Shown here one piece after another: positions 1-12,579 of a DNA stretch of 64,000 bases. The position numbers and the translations under genes are program-made. Under the pieces are notes generated by a model, which did not search any database, was not told where the DNA came from, and saw nothing but the letters and a program-made list of their open reading frames with translations. Numbering within the stretch: position 1 is the stretch's first letter; the number at the start of each line of letters is the position of its first letter. Source of the stretch: Octopus vulgaris (lineage: Eukaryota); the NCBI GenBank assembly GCA_951406725.2, contig OX597833.1:45198001-45262000 (forward strand), read 5' to 3'.

Positions 1-240
1 AACGCATACGCCACAGAAACCGGGAAAACGGGCCCATGAGCCTGGATAGGCTTTAAAAGGGCGCATTTATTTTTTTCTAATATTTAATTATAAAAATGTT
101 TTTTTTTAAACATTGAATGGCTAGGTGGATCCATCTGAGTAAAATAAGAATCAAAGAGATCCATTGGTAAAATGTGATTGAGAAATACTGATTAAGACTA
201 ATGTAGCCCTCTGAATAAGAGAAAAAGATTTGGTACTCAC

Positions 241-334
241 TCATTAGGAGTGGTGGACTGTTCCTTTGAGTGTCCATCATCAGTGCTAAAGGTTCTTGTT
301 GCATGGCAGCTAACTATTCCTCCTGAAGATCGAC
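241..334 (-). CDS. Predicted exon 2 of an unidentified host gene (likely mitochondrial protein); gene continues left out of the window
   Basis: Acceptor cctgttttgtttcag| before 334 and donor |gtgagt after 241. With phase-1 entry from exon 24628-24685 it reads open: (G)RSSGGIVSCHATRTFSTDDGHSKEQSTTPN(D/E). Confidence 0.7.
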
Positions 335-360
335 CTGAAACAAAACAGGATGATGTTATA

Positions 361-581
361 TATATTTCTTTACTGCTCACAAGGAGCTAAACATAGAGGG
401 GACAAACAAGGACAGACAAAGGGATTAAGTCGATTACATCGACCCCAGTGCGAAACTGGTACTTTATTTATCGACCCTGAAAGGATGAAAGGCAAAGTCG
501 ACCTCAGAACGTAATAACAGACGAAGTACCGCTAAGCATTTTGCCCGGTGCGCTAACATTCCTGCCAGCTCGCCACCTTCA
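361..581 (-). mobile_element. tRNA-derived SINE (family B) with 19-bp TSD
   Basis: Head ggtggcgagctggcag and central tttgcctttcatcctttc.gggtcgataaa motif. TSD aaaacaggatgatgttata at 342-360 and 582-600. Confidence 0.85.
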
Positions 582-2099
582 AAAACAGGATGATGTTATA
601 CCTAACGTTTGGTGACACACAAACACACATCCATCATGTGTGTACAATGGTTGATGAATTGAGGATAGGTGACACAGGGTTTGAGAAGAATTCTTCAATT
701 TTGCCTAAGACAAGACAAACGCCCACTATAATGTTGGTGCCATAAAAATTGCACCCAGTATACTCTGTAAAGCAGTTCAGGTTTGAAAAATGGCATCCGT
801 CCATAGAAACCAAGCCAAAAATGTGACACAGGAGTAAAGCATAGTCCTTCAACCAGATGGATCCTGTTAAACAGTCCAACCCATGCCAGCGTGAGAAGCA
901 CACATAAAAAAAAAATGACGACGACAATAATGATGGGTGTAAGCTTTTGCACAATTTATGCCTACCAAATTTCACCTATGTAGGCATTGGTTAAACTGAC
1001 GCAGTGATAGAAGACACTGGCCCAAAATACTGCAGAATGGGATTGAACCAGGAACCATGTGGTTATATACAACGAACTTCTTAACTAATATAGCTATTCC
1101 TGCATAGCCTACTGAATAAGGTAAAAAAGTCAACTTTGTTAAGATTAAATAGTCACTTGGATCATCATCATTTAGTGTCCATTTTCCATGCTGGCATGGC
1201 TTAGGTGGTTTGACTGGATTGGTAAACCAGAAAGCAGTACCAGATTCCAGTCTGATTTGGCTTGGTTTCAACCACTGGATGCCCTTCCCAAAATCAACCA
1301 CTCCAAGAGTGTAGTGGGTGCCTTTTACGTGTCACCAAAACCAATAAACTACTGGTACTTGTCAAACTTTAGAAGAATGTAAAGTAGTGTTGATTCAGGC
1401 AGGATTTGAACTCAGATTCCAGGGGAAATAATGAAACTAAGTACTGTAAGGAATCTAGTTTGGTGTTCATTGCTATCTATTGGAATATATTCTTCAAATA
1501 AACACAACAAAAGCAAGAGGAAGTCTGACTTCATTTAATATCAAAGACGAAATACTCTGAGTTAGAGGGAATCTCTACATGGTTGTATGGGATAATGGAG
1601 TTGGGTAGGGGACAGGACTCTACATGGTTGCTCAGCCTGCTAGAAATAGCAACCAAATCACTATCTTAAAAAAAGGATATGTTGTATAGTCCTTGATGTC
1701 CCCCAAAGCCCCACCCTACAAACTTAAAAAGGCCACATAATGTAATGCTGTATGCCCTCTACAACTGACAAGATGGTCATCACTGGAATGCCTTTGATTA
1801 TAGGTCTGCTTGAACATGGCTGACCTGGTGTTAAAAACCAACAAAAAATCACTACTCGTGATGCTGTGATTAAAAGGTTGAGGCTGCTTCAAGTGAAATT
1901 CAGCAAGTTAACATTTTCAATGACTTCTAATATTTCAAAGATTTCTAATATTTAGTAACTCTTGACAAATTCTTTAACTTACAAACTTACTGCTTGTTTC
2001 TTGGTTGCAAAACAGAAAAAGAAAGAAAAAAAAAAAAGCTTATCTCATCAGAAAAAGAATAGTTACACATATGTGGTATTGGAATACCAGACCATTTCA

Positions 2100-2870
2100 G
2101 TTTTGGAGTTTAAATCAGAGATGCACTGACCAAATACAGAGAAGAATCAGTAAAGCTTGGCCTTCGGATAAGTTGGGTGAAGACCAAGCTGATGCATATC
2201 AGAGATGGTCCAGACTCTCCCTCTCTTCATACAGGCCCCAACGTCATGGAGTTTGTCAGCTCCTTCACCTACCTGGGCTCCACAATGGAAACCTGACCCT
2301 GGAGATCAACCATAGATGTGGTCTGGTACCTAGGATCATATACTCCCTATGGAAGCCCTTTGGTGCCACTTTAATCCTCTATCTCCTGGTAGATGAAGCT
2401 CCACATCTACAATGCATTAGCCCTCTCCATTCTCCTCTATGGAGCAGACACATGGCCCTACCCTCTTGGAGACCCTGGCAAAGAGGATCAATGTCTTGAT
2501 AGTAGAGCCCTGAGAACCATTAAGAACATCAGATGGTACCATCACATTTTCAATAAAGAACTGTGTGTGTGCATGCATCAGCCCACAGTCTCCCACCTCA
2601 TAGCTATCTGCCACATGTGCTAGTGTAGACATGACCTCCATCTCCCTCTGGATCATCCTACCAGAGCTTTATTCTCATTTGACACAGCAGCTGAGGCTGG
2701 AAGAGGCACACCAGATGCTGGATGTGATAGGGGAAAATCTTCAGAGGTTCAATGTCACCTTGGAGGATACAGAGGGGCTGGCATGGGACCACCAGCAGTG
2801 ATGGAGAGCACTGGTGGAGTTGGTTGGCTCTATGCATGATGACACCACCAAGCAAGAGCATGAGGTGAAA
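2100..2870 (+). mobile_element. Degenerate RTE-like LINE 3' fragment
   Basis: Frameshifted KLHIYNALALSILLYGADTW...RALRTIKNIRW motif typical of the RTE post-RT region. Boundaries approximate. Confidence 0.7.
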
Positions 2871-4015
2871 GAAGTTTAAATCCACTGCTGGCAGTTTCTT
2901 GTGTGTATGGAAAGTACACTTAATTCCCTGTTTGTTTCAGTTCGTGCATGTGTGTGGATGAGAGAGGGAGAGGTGGGTTCCTTTCAAACCAAGTATATAT
3001 GTGCCTGCTTTTATCTACAAAAGATAGGCTCTATGATCTTCTTTGACATACCTTGTAAGGGTTGAAATCAAAGAACAACAATGCCTTAGCAGCATTGTTG
3101 ATGACAACACAGAACAAAAGAAAAAGAACTAAACAAAAACAAAAAACTAACAAACGAGACTGAAGAAACTTGGTAAGATTTTACCAAAAACTTTAACCCT
3201 TAGGAAACAACAGGGCTGATCTATCGGCTGAATAGTCAAATGACAAAGAAGATTGTATTAGTTCATTCAATTTTCTGCAAGAATATATATAGTTTTATAT
3301 ATGTACAGTAATTACTTCATTTTTCATAATTGTTTTTGAAAAATAAGTGTGTGCCCTCTGTAGAACTTGTGAAAAGGGCTAAGTCTTCTTGGCACTGAAA
3401 CTCCAAATAAGGCTCCGTCTCCAAAGGGTTAATAACAAAAATAAAAAGATTTTTCCCATGGCAGTTATAATCCTTTTTACTATAGGCACAAAGCCTGTAA
3501 TTTGGGAGGAGGGGATTGAGCTAGTCCATTACATCATCCTGGTACTTATTTCAGTGACAACCCTGAAAGGATGAAAGGCAAAGTCAGCTTCGGCAGCATT
3601 TGAACTCAGAATGTAAAAATGGACAAAATGTCACTAAGCATTTCATTCAACTAAAAAAATTCTTCAAGGCAGTGCCCTAGCATGGCTGTAGTTTAATGAC
3701 TGAAACAAGTAAAAGATAAAAATAATATCAATAAAACTTTCTAATTTCGGCACAAGGCCAACAATTTTGAGAAGGGGCAGGGTAATTACATCAACCCCAA
3801 TACTCGACTGGTACCTATTTTATCAACCCTGATAGCATGAAAGGCAAACTTGGCCATGGTGGAATTTGAACTCAGAATGTAATAAACCAGAAGAACCACA
3901 AAACACCTTTTCCAATGATGTAACAACCCAGTCAGTCATTGCTTTTAGCTAGTATCAATAATAATATTACTTAATTAGCACCAATAATAATGTCAAAAAT
4001 TGAAGGAATACAATA

Positions 4016-4146
4016 TCTCTCTCTATATAAACGGCAGTTTGTCTGTGCGTGTTTCTGTGTGTCTGTTTGCTTGTACCCTTAGGGGACGCAACTCCACCTT
4101 TTTTTTACTCTCAAAAAAATTTACCATCATTTTTTTCCACTGCTAG
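4016..4146 (+). mobile_element. Very short non-autonomous Helitron
   Basis: 5' TC, 3' CTAG, inserted between A and T. Shares aaaaaaatttaccatcattttttcc with the copies at 20213 and 43805. Confidence 0.55.
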
Positions 4147-4329
4147 TCTTTTATCTTTCTCTTGTTTCAGTCATTAAACTGTGGCCATGCTGGTGCATCA
4201 CCTTGAAGAATTTTTAGTTGAATGTATTGCCTTTAGTACTAATTTCTTTTAAAGTACTTATTCTATCAGTTTCTTTTGCCAAACCACTAAGTTATGGGTA
4301 GTAAACATACCAGCACAGGTTGTCAATAC

Positions 4330-4740
4330 TATTGTATTGTAATAATACTTATAATATTTTTATATAAAACTTTCACTGTTCTTGGTTCTGTTTATGACTT
4401 GGGCTATCAGTCGAGTGTATAGGCATTGATGTAGTGGATATTTAAAATTTTGTCTTTGGTGAACCTAGCTGATGAGGACTAACCAGATTTAAGATAACAA
4501 ACATATTCTGGAAAGTCTGAAACTCAAGTACCACATTATCCATTTTTCTCGGGCGTTTCTCCTAGAGGTAGGATGAAAATTTTTTATATTCGTTGCCCGC
4601 ACACATCTTTGCCTCTGTACATTCAATGAAGCCTTACAATAGCATCGTGTGGTTATTCACTCCTATTTCCAGCAAACACTGATACCTTGTGTCACTATTT
4701 CCTATTTATAATTCAACCTTTACTGTGCTTATTACTGGAA
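4330..4740 (+). mobile_element. Penelope-like terminal repeat remnant with hammerhead-like core
   Basis: CTGATGA (4469-4475), stem II GGACT/AGTCT, then GAAAC (4519-4523). Boundaries approximate. Confidence 0.4.
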
Positions 4741-6798
4741 AACAATAAGATGGGCTTCTTTCAATTTCCATCAATCAAATCCACAACAAGGCTTTGGTTG
4801 ACCTGAGGCTACAGTAGAAGACATTTGCCCAAGGTGCCATGCAGTGGTACTGAACCTGGAACCATGTGGTTGGGAAGTAAGCTTCTTACCACATAGTCAC
4901 GCCTGCATCTATATATGTAAAATAAAATTGCAAAAATTGTAAATAAATAATTCCCAAGCCACAAGGAGATCTTGTAAGTGTTGCTGTTTGGCTCATGTTT
5001 CATGGTGTGAAGTAATTGAGAAATAAATCTCACCCCTAGATAGAATGTTAGTCTATTAACAGTAGTAAAATTTTTAGATGATCAAGTTTAAATTCCCAAG
5101 AACAGAGTGTTCTCTGAAATACGTGTATGTATATGCCTATAGAGGACCTGAACTCATGACCTATAAGCATGTAATACAATGCTTTATCCCCTTAGCTCTC
5201 TTGCCTCAACAACTAGATTCTAGACTTCAGTATCATCATGAAATGCAAGATTTAATTCTATACTAGAATTATATGTAACAGATTAATTTCACTAGATATA
5301 TCATTATCATCAACATCATAATGATGATAATATAGCCTAATCCTTCACTGCTACTGGCATCTTCATATTCTGTCAAGGTCAACTTTGCCTTTCATCCTTT
5401 TGGGGTCAATAAAATAAGTATCCCCTCTTCCAAGACTGCTGCCTTTGTGCCAAAATTTGAACCCATTATCATCATCATCATCATCATCGTTTAACGTCCG
5501 TTTTCCGCGCTAGCACGGGTTGGACGGTTTGACCGGGGTCTGGGGAGCCAGGGGCTGCCCCAGGCTCCAGTCTGATCTGGCAGTGTTTCTACAGCTGGAT
5601 GCCCTTCCTAACGCCAACCACTCCCCGAGTGTAGTGGGTGCTTTTTACGTGCCACCTGCACAGGTGCCAGAGGGGTCTGGCATCGGCCACGATCAGTTGG
5701 TGCGATTATTATTATTAAGATGGTGGGCTAGCAGAATCGTTAGCACAGCAGGTAAAATGCTTGCGGCATTTTGTCCATCTTTACATTCTGAGTTCAAATT
5801 TTGCCGAAGTTGACTTTGCCTTTTATCCTGAGCACTTGGGTCAATGTAATCGACTTAGCCTCTCACCCAAAATTGCTGGCCTTGTGCCAAAATTTGAAAC
5901 CATTATTAAATGAAGGAAAAAAAAATTATTGATATCATAACTGGACAAATACAGCATCTCTCCAATGACTTTTTTCCAGAGCCTCTAAGACTCATGGGAG
6001 GAAGGCATGCTGTATCCTCAGACTGGAGTCCTTGTCCAAATGCTTGAAATAGTGGACTCCATTTAAAGTACTCAAGGGTGTGGGTAGTAGCTGTAAACTA
6101 AGCAACAGCTTCTGAGGTAGATCAATGCTTCCCAAAGCAAGTAATAATGCTTTCAAGGTGTGTAACTGATGTTTTGCCCCAGGTCAGACCTGATCAATGG
6201 CTCCCAAAGTAGGAACTACTATCTTCAAGATGAGTAACTGCTGTTTACTCACAGGTTAACTTTGATTAAGAAGACCACTTCATTTTATTTTCAGACACTG
6301 GAATTAGCTAGACTACCCAGTGTATCCGTTTCTTTAAAGATAGTAAGATGAGTACAACACAAGAAGAATTTGGCTGCTATTTTTAGCAACTCTATGAACC
6401 ATATAATCCCCCTTGTTTGCTCAGTACCATATGACCCATTTCTGCACACAAGACCATAATAGTAGGGAGTACATATAAAGAGGTGTTCTAAGGGAGCAGT
6501 GACCGGACAAGTTTGGGGATCATTAGATAACCAAAATTAGAATTTAAAAATATTATTGGTGTTGTGATGTGTTACAATCAAGACAGGGTCAAATGTAGAT
6601 GTAGTGTAAATATCTCCTTAACCTTTTAGCATTTAATCTGGCCATATTTGACCCAATTATTCTACCCATTTTATGTTAAAACTGACTAGATATAATCTCT
6701 CAGACCTACCCTACAATGTCATTTTAAAAACATGCAAACACACTATTGAAATCCTGAAGCTATAAGATAATGCATGATTAATTCAATGCAAATAAATA

Positions 6799-6967
6799 AG
6801 CAGGAGTGGCTGTGTGGTAAGTAGCTTGCTAACCAGCCACATGGTTCCAGGTTCAGTCCCACTTCGTAGCATCTTGGGCAAGTGTCTTCTGCTATAGCCC
6901 CGGGCCGACCGATGCCTTGTGAGTGGATTTGGTAGACGGAAACTGAAAGAAGCCTGTCATATATATG

Positions 6968-7006
<39 letters not shown>

Positions 7007-7213
7007 ATGTGTTTGTCCCCCTAGCATTGCTTGACAACCGATGCTGGTGTGTTTACATCCCCGTCACTTAGCGGTTCGGCAAAAGAGACCGACAGAATAA
7101 GTACTGGGCTTACAAAGAATAAGTCCCGGGGTCGATTTGCTTGACTAAAGGCGGTGCTCCAGCATGGCTGCAGTCAAATGACTGAAACAAGTAAAAGAGT
7201 AAAGAGTAAAGAG
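6799..7213 (+). mobile_element. tRNA-derived SINE (family A), representative near-full copy
   Basis: Head gcaggagtggctgtgtggtaag..ggttcagtccc (A/B-box-like), internal TA/TG microsatellite, (aagagta)n tail. Other copies near 14887, 16285, 21210(-), 34040(-), 36207, 36781(-), 47755(-), 49320, 56509, 58230, 62715(-). Confidence 0.9.
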
Positions 7214-7214
7214 A

Positions 7215-7547
7215 ATGCATCTGACAAAGAAATCTGAATGCAGTTTGGTGTGGTCAGCTACCAGCCTAGGCTCCACTGCTCGTCAGGTTAAGAAAAGCAA
7301 GCTGTCTAAGAATCAGTCACTCTCCAACAGGTTTATGGTTGAGCCTGTGGCCATAGAGACTGCCAGTGTTTTTGGCCCGTGGACCATATTCCTGCTCACT
7401 GCTATTGGGGCAGAGATGGCTATCCATAAGCTTGGGTCCTGTGAGTCAGAGTGGCAGTTTCAGCGCATCTCCATCACCATCCTCCGGGGCAACACCTTTT
7501 CCATTTTGTCTGCTGGGGCCAGGGAGGTAACTTATGACAACATTTAA
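7215..7547 (+). mobile_element. 3' fragment of a restriction-endonuclease-type non-LTR element (CRE-like)
   Basis: ORF contains F..EPVAIET.SVFGP...FQRISITILRGN, resembling the C-terminal RLE region of CRE-clade elements. Confidence 0.6.
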
Positions 7548-9305
7548 ATGTTAAGTGGGAAGGGATTTGATGGGAGCATGTGCTTAGCCCCAGTTACAGG
7601 TGGATGAGAAGTCTTGTCTCCTTTTGAATAAGATATCAATTATAAGGAGTTAGGTAACATACTGTATTTATCTTTTATTTGTTTCAGCCATTAGGCTACC
7701 TCAAAGGGTTTGTAGTTGAACAAATCCTAACCATAACCCTAACCCCAGTACTTATTTAACCATTTAGTATTTGAACTGGCCATATCTGGCCTTGTTTTCA
7801 GTCGTGTTTGTTTGTTTGCTTGTTTGTCCATGGACAAGATATCTCAAGAACCGCTGAATGGATTCGGATGAAACTTTCAGAGATGTTTAACCGCATGACT
7901 GGCATGAACTGATTAGATTTTGGAATCAATCTGGTACCCAACAAGGATACTGGATTCATCATCATCATCATCATCATTTAGCGTCCGTTTTCCATGCTAG
8001 CATTGGTTGGACGGTTTAACTGGGGTCTGTGAAGCCGGAAGGCTTCATCAGGCCCAGTCAGATTTGGCAGTGTTTCTACGGCTGGATGCCCTTCCTAACG
8101 CCAACCACTCCGCGAGTGTAGTGGGTGTTTTTTACATGGATTGTTTTTCTATTTTTTTTTTTCTTAATTTTTGAGAGTGATCAGGTTCATTTTTAGTATT
8201 ATTGTTTGTGAGAGTAGCCGAGTTTATTTCAGATATTCTAAAAATATTTTTTAAATATTTAAAAATCATCTCTGGCTAATCATTGAGAAGACATTGATGT
8301 TGCCTTAGCAGAGGTTTGTGATCTCTGAGTGCTCTTGTTATTATTATTGCCGTTACATTCTGGGTTCAAATTCCGTTGAGGTCGACTTTGCCTTTCATCC
8401 TTTTGGGGTTGATAAATTAAGTATCAGTTACGCACTGGGGTCAATGTAATCGACTTAATCCGTTTGTCTGTCCCCTCTATGTTTAACCCCTTGTGGATAA
8501 TAAAGAAACATTATTATTATTATTACTCCCGCCTTAGTGAAGGCTGAGGTATTGTTTTCAGTTTATTTATATGTCTAAAAATAGTATCTACATAATTGGC
8601 ACTATCATATTTAATAAGCATCAACACTATATAGCCTTACCAAAATTTTGGAGAAGATGCACACAAATCTTGAGAAAAATCCTGGCTTTGAAAGGTTAAG
8701 GTGGCAAGTTGGCAAAATGCTTTGCTGTATTTCATCTGTCACTATGTTCAGAGTTCAAATTCTACTGAGGTCAACTTTACTTTTCATCCTTTCAGGGTCA
8801 ATTAAATAAGTACCAGTTACGCACTGGGGTTGATGTGATCGACTTAATCCCTTCCCCCAAATTTGAGGCCTTGTGATTCTAGTAGAAAAGATTATTATTA
8901 TTATTACCATTACTAATCGACTTACCCCACTCCCCAGAAATTGCTGGCATTGTGTCAAAATTTGAAACTTATTACCATCGTAGGTGGTAATAAAGTGACA
9001 GCACAATGAACTTTATGAAGAGTAGCTTTATTCTAGTAGATGAGGACTTAAAGTATGAGAGAAGAGGTCAAAGCAGAACAGGTTTCTTGCTGTGGAGGAG
9101 CAACAAGACAGCTCACATTTTCAAAGAGAGCGTGAATTTTTATACATAAAAAAAAACCCAACAAAAACAACCTAGGATTATTAAAGAGATTAAAATTTCA
9201 ACATAGGGTAAAATGGCTCATCACTGCAATAAGTTAACAGCTTTCTGAATCCACATCCATGTCCACAATCTAAGGAATTAATACATAGGAGTAGAAATTC
9301 ATATA

Positions 9306-9807
9306 CCGTAAATCCTCGAGTATAGTCCGCCCTTGAGTATAATACACAGGGGATTTTTAGGGGGCTCTACCTCTGTAAAACCTAAACCTTGTGTATAATA
9401 TGCAGCCCTTCTTTAACTTGAGTCAAGGAGGTCTATATAACGTTCTTGGTTTGTAAAAATGTATACGGTAACGTCCTTTATTATTATTATTGTATATATA
9501 ACATAATGCAAACGTGTAGCTTCTTTGCGCATTTTGTTTGCAGAAAATAAAGAAATAACAGTAATGACATTTAATAAATGTTGCTTACTGCAAGTTATGG
9601 ATGATTCTTTTATGACTTCATTGCTTTCAGGCTTAGCTTAAGATATTTTCACGCCTAACATCACAAAACGCGTCTGAATGAACATTGCCAGACTCGGACA
9701 TTGCTTAGAAAATATTTTTCATTTTTAACCCCGTATATAGTACGCACTAGGGATTTTGACCGTTAAATTTTGAGGAAAAAATGTAGATTATACTTGAGGA
9801 TTTACGG
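9306..9807. mobile_element. MITE, Tc1/mariner-pogo type
   Basis: TIRs ccgtaaatcctcgagtata / tatacttgaggatttacgg, flanked by TA. Confidence 0.8.
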
Positions 9808-10562
9808 TATATGTATATCATTGTCATCATCATTATTATTATTCTAATGTTCATTTTTTCATACTTGCATAGATTAAACAGAGTTTATTGAGGTAAATTT
9901 TTTACAGCCAAATGCCTTTCCTATCACCAACCCACACCTGTCTCGAAGCAAAGAAATATTTCCCCAGAGCCAGACATGTCTTTTGTAGAATATTAGAAAT
10001 GACTGACATTGTTTGCATGACAGTGGTTCTCATTTACAAATATCACATGAAGTCAAAATAAGGTGACACAAACACACATGCATACATGTACATACATAAT
10101 GAGCATCTTTCAGTTTCAACCTACCAAATCTGACAAAGCTTTGGTTGGCCTGTGGTTATAATTGACGACACTTGCCCAAGGTACCATGCAGTTGGATTGA
10201 ACCTGAATCTATGTGATTGAGAAGCAAGCTTCTTAACCCCACGGCTGAGGATTCCTTTCATTGTAACTCAGTTTCGTGTAGATTGTGTATGAATTTCTTT
10301 TCAAGAGGTTTTCACAGAACTATGAGTGACAACTAATGGCAACCTCAACATCAAATAAAAACAAACTCTACTTCATTTATTCAATAGGTTCTTTTTTTAT
10401 TTTCTTTCATAAATTTAAATGTATGCATATATATGTATGTATATATATATACACACACACACATACACACAAATACATGTTTGTGTGGTAATTACCAATG
10501 AATGTTTTGGCTATAAATGGCTGGAGATCAGGATGATAAGAGAAAATGTTTTAAAAGGAATT

Positions 10563-10568
10563 TTTATT
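10563..10568 (-). terminator. Candidate AATAAA polyadenylation signal for GLMN
   Basis: AATAAA ~85 nt after the stop codon; further copies at 10376-10381 and ~10396-10401. Confidence 0.4.
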
Positions 10569-10653
10569 TTTCAGTACTTTGAAGCAATTGGACAATTGCA
10601 GACTATTTTCTGTTGAGGTAATGTCAATTTCTTCATTTTGACAATCTACCTTG

Positions 10654-12579
10654 TCAACTGTTTGATTTAACAGCGGAAGCCTGTGGTTGCTGATCAAGGA
10701 GCTCATTAATACGACACAACACACAACCCATCATGTCAAATGTATTCAAAGCATTGTTAAATACTTGTACCAGTTGGTCAGGCGGAAGATTGGGCAACAC
10801 CTGATTGCCAACATTGACTGTCATATCTGGTTTATTCTCCTCGAGGGCATTCTTCTTTACTTCTTCTCCATGATGGACGTTTTTCAGCTCTAGTTTATAG
10901 TGAGCCCTAGACATGTCTAAAGCCACTTGAAGAGGGGAAAGAAACTGAGTCCTTAATTTATTCTCTAAACTCCAAAACCCAGAAATATTTTTAGAACGAG
11001 GATCTCTCAATATAAGATAACGCACAAAGTTCATGGAAGAAAGAATTCGATCGGAATGTTGGAGAATATCTGTGGTTTCTGCATCTGGCAATTGGATAAT
11101 AGCTCGAAGCAGTTTTAATAAATTTTCACCAAGGAAAGTGTGATCCTCTACTGGATATTTCTGTAAGCAGAAGTCTACCTCATCTTTGATTAACTGAATA
11201 CAGTAACCAAGAACCCCAGGGTTCTCACAACATGCTAACAAAGATTTATATGCTTGATAACGACCTGCTGGTTCAAACATCCGTATAACATCTGTGAAGA
11301 TGTTGACGGCGAGTTTGCGGAAAGTTTGGAGGGAACAATGTAACATAATCTTAGTCAAACTAGTTAAGAGTTGTAGATAACAATCATTTTCAAAAAACAC
11401 CGGCCGCAGTGTATAAGGTTCAATTTTTTGCAAACAACTATTGGCCAAATGCAAACCCTTATACAAAATGAGAGATTGGGAAGAATCAAGTAGTCTAAGA
11501 ATAAATGGTATGTTGTATTCAAATATGTATCTTGGAGAATATACACAGCGTATACTGTCAATACTTAGATTTTCTGAGAAAACTAAATACAATAAACAGC
11601 TTATGGACAATTCTGGTATTGGAGCTTTTGTCTCTTCTTCATCGTCTTCTTTTGTATTTTTATCCTCGGTCAAACCTTTCTCAAGTTCCTCAGTGCTCAT
11701 ATTATCATCATGTTCTGTTTTGTCTCCATCCTCCTCCTCTTCATCAGCATTTTTGATTTTTTTTTTATCTAATTTTAGGCTGCTGTTATAGAAGAGAGCA
11801 TCCTCAGCAATCTGGAGAAAATCTTGATGAAGACAAGCCAGTTGGGAAAAAAGCCTTTCAGCACATAAGTGGCTTTCTGACTTTGCAGATTTATCATTGA
11901 GCGGAGAAGCTAGATGGAGAAAGAGAAGAGGTTTATTTAATAATGCCAACAGATACCAATTGAGAAGATCTGCCTGGAGTGGTTGGTAAGCATGCTGGTT
12001 ATTTCTGTTCTTTAAGGAGACTGCTTCAACAAATGGCTTCATAAAATCAAGAGTTGCAAGAACAATGTCAGTAAGCCTTTTGACAACAGGATCGTTCTCA
12101 AACAGCTTTTGTTCCTCTTCTCCTTCTAATGCATTATTATCAGGGAGTTCCACCGAACAGATATAACGATAAATTGCTTGCAAACTATTTTCTAAGGAGG
12201 ACACACAAGGTTTTGGAAATTTTAACAGGCAGTCACAAATGGGTCCAAGAACAGATTTGAACTGTGTATCATCAACAAGATCTCCCCAGTTTTCTAAGAT
12301 TGCAAGTAATAAGACACGAGGTTTGCCTTTCTTAATAAGATGAGCAAGACAATATTCACAAGTTTTGAAGAAACTAGGATTCTGTTCAAGGTTTTCCTGT
12401 GTCAGACAATGTACAATGTCACTTGTTAAATCAAAGAATATAGTCTGTTCTGAAAGATCTTGTTCTAAAACATAGTTAGCGAGTCCCTTGGAATCACGAA
12501 AAGAGAGGCATTCTTTAATTTGGTCATATAATAAAGTAGGGTCATCGGTTTTGGCAGGAGTTTCAAGTGGGCCCTCCAT
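10654..12579 (-). CDS. GLMN: Glomulin (FAP68/ALF4 family, RBX1-binding cullin-RING ligase inhibitor), 641 aa, intronless CDS
   Basis: Uninterrupted 1926-nt ORF; ATG at 12579 in aggATGg context. Motifs SISCLLYLVF..NLSIDSIRCVYSPRYIF, LPDAETTDILQHSDRILSSMNFVRYLILRD, FLSPLQVALDMSRAHY and LPPDQLVQVFNNALNTFDMM match GLMN as I recall it. Confidence 0.92.
   Translation of the reverse strand: MEGPLETPAKTDDPTLLYDQIKECLSFRDSKGLANYVLEQDLSEQTIFFDLTSDIVHCLTQENLEQNPSFFKTCEYCLAHLIKKGKPRVLLLAILENWGDLVDDTQFKSVLGPICDCLLKFPKPCVSSLENSLQAIYRYICSVELPDNNALEGEEEQKLFENDPVVKRLTDIVLATLDFMKPFVEAVSLKNRNNQHAYQPLQADLLNWYLLALLNKPLLFLHLASPLNDKSAKSESHLCAERLFSQLACLHQDFLQIAEDALFYNSSLKLDKKKIKNADEEEEDGDKTEHDDNMSTEELEKGLTEDKNTKEDDEEETKAPIPELSISCLLYLVFSENLSIDSIRCVYSPRYIFEYNIPFILRLLDSSQSLILYKGLHLANSCLQKIEPYTLRPVFFENDCYLQLLTSLTKIMLHCSLQTFRKLAVNIFTDVIRMFEPAGRYQAYKSLLACCENPGVLGYCIQLIKDEVDFCLQKYPVEDHTFLGENLLKLLRAIIQLPDAETTDILQHSDRILSSMNFVRYLILRDPRSKNISGFWSLENKLRTQFLSPLQVALDMSRAHYKLELKNVHHGEEVKKNALEENKPDMTVNVGNQVLPNLPPDQLVQVFNNALNTFDMMGCVLCRINELLDQQPQASAVKSNS

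Noticed and set aside
77-304. 75-aa ORF MQQEPLAL...
   Set aside because: It runs through the donor at 240 into intron; the phase-compatible frame of the exon is different.
6743-7027. Recurrent ORFs such as MLGGQTQTH...EDTCPRCHAVGLNPEPCG
   Set aside because: Antisense translations of SINE family A, repeated many times in the window.
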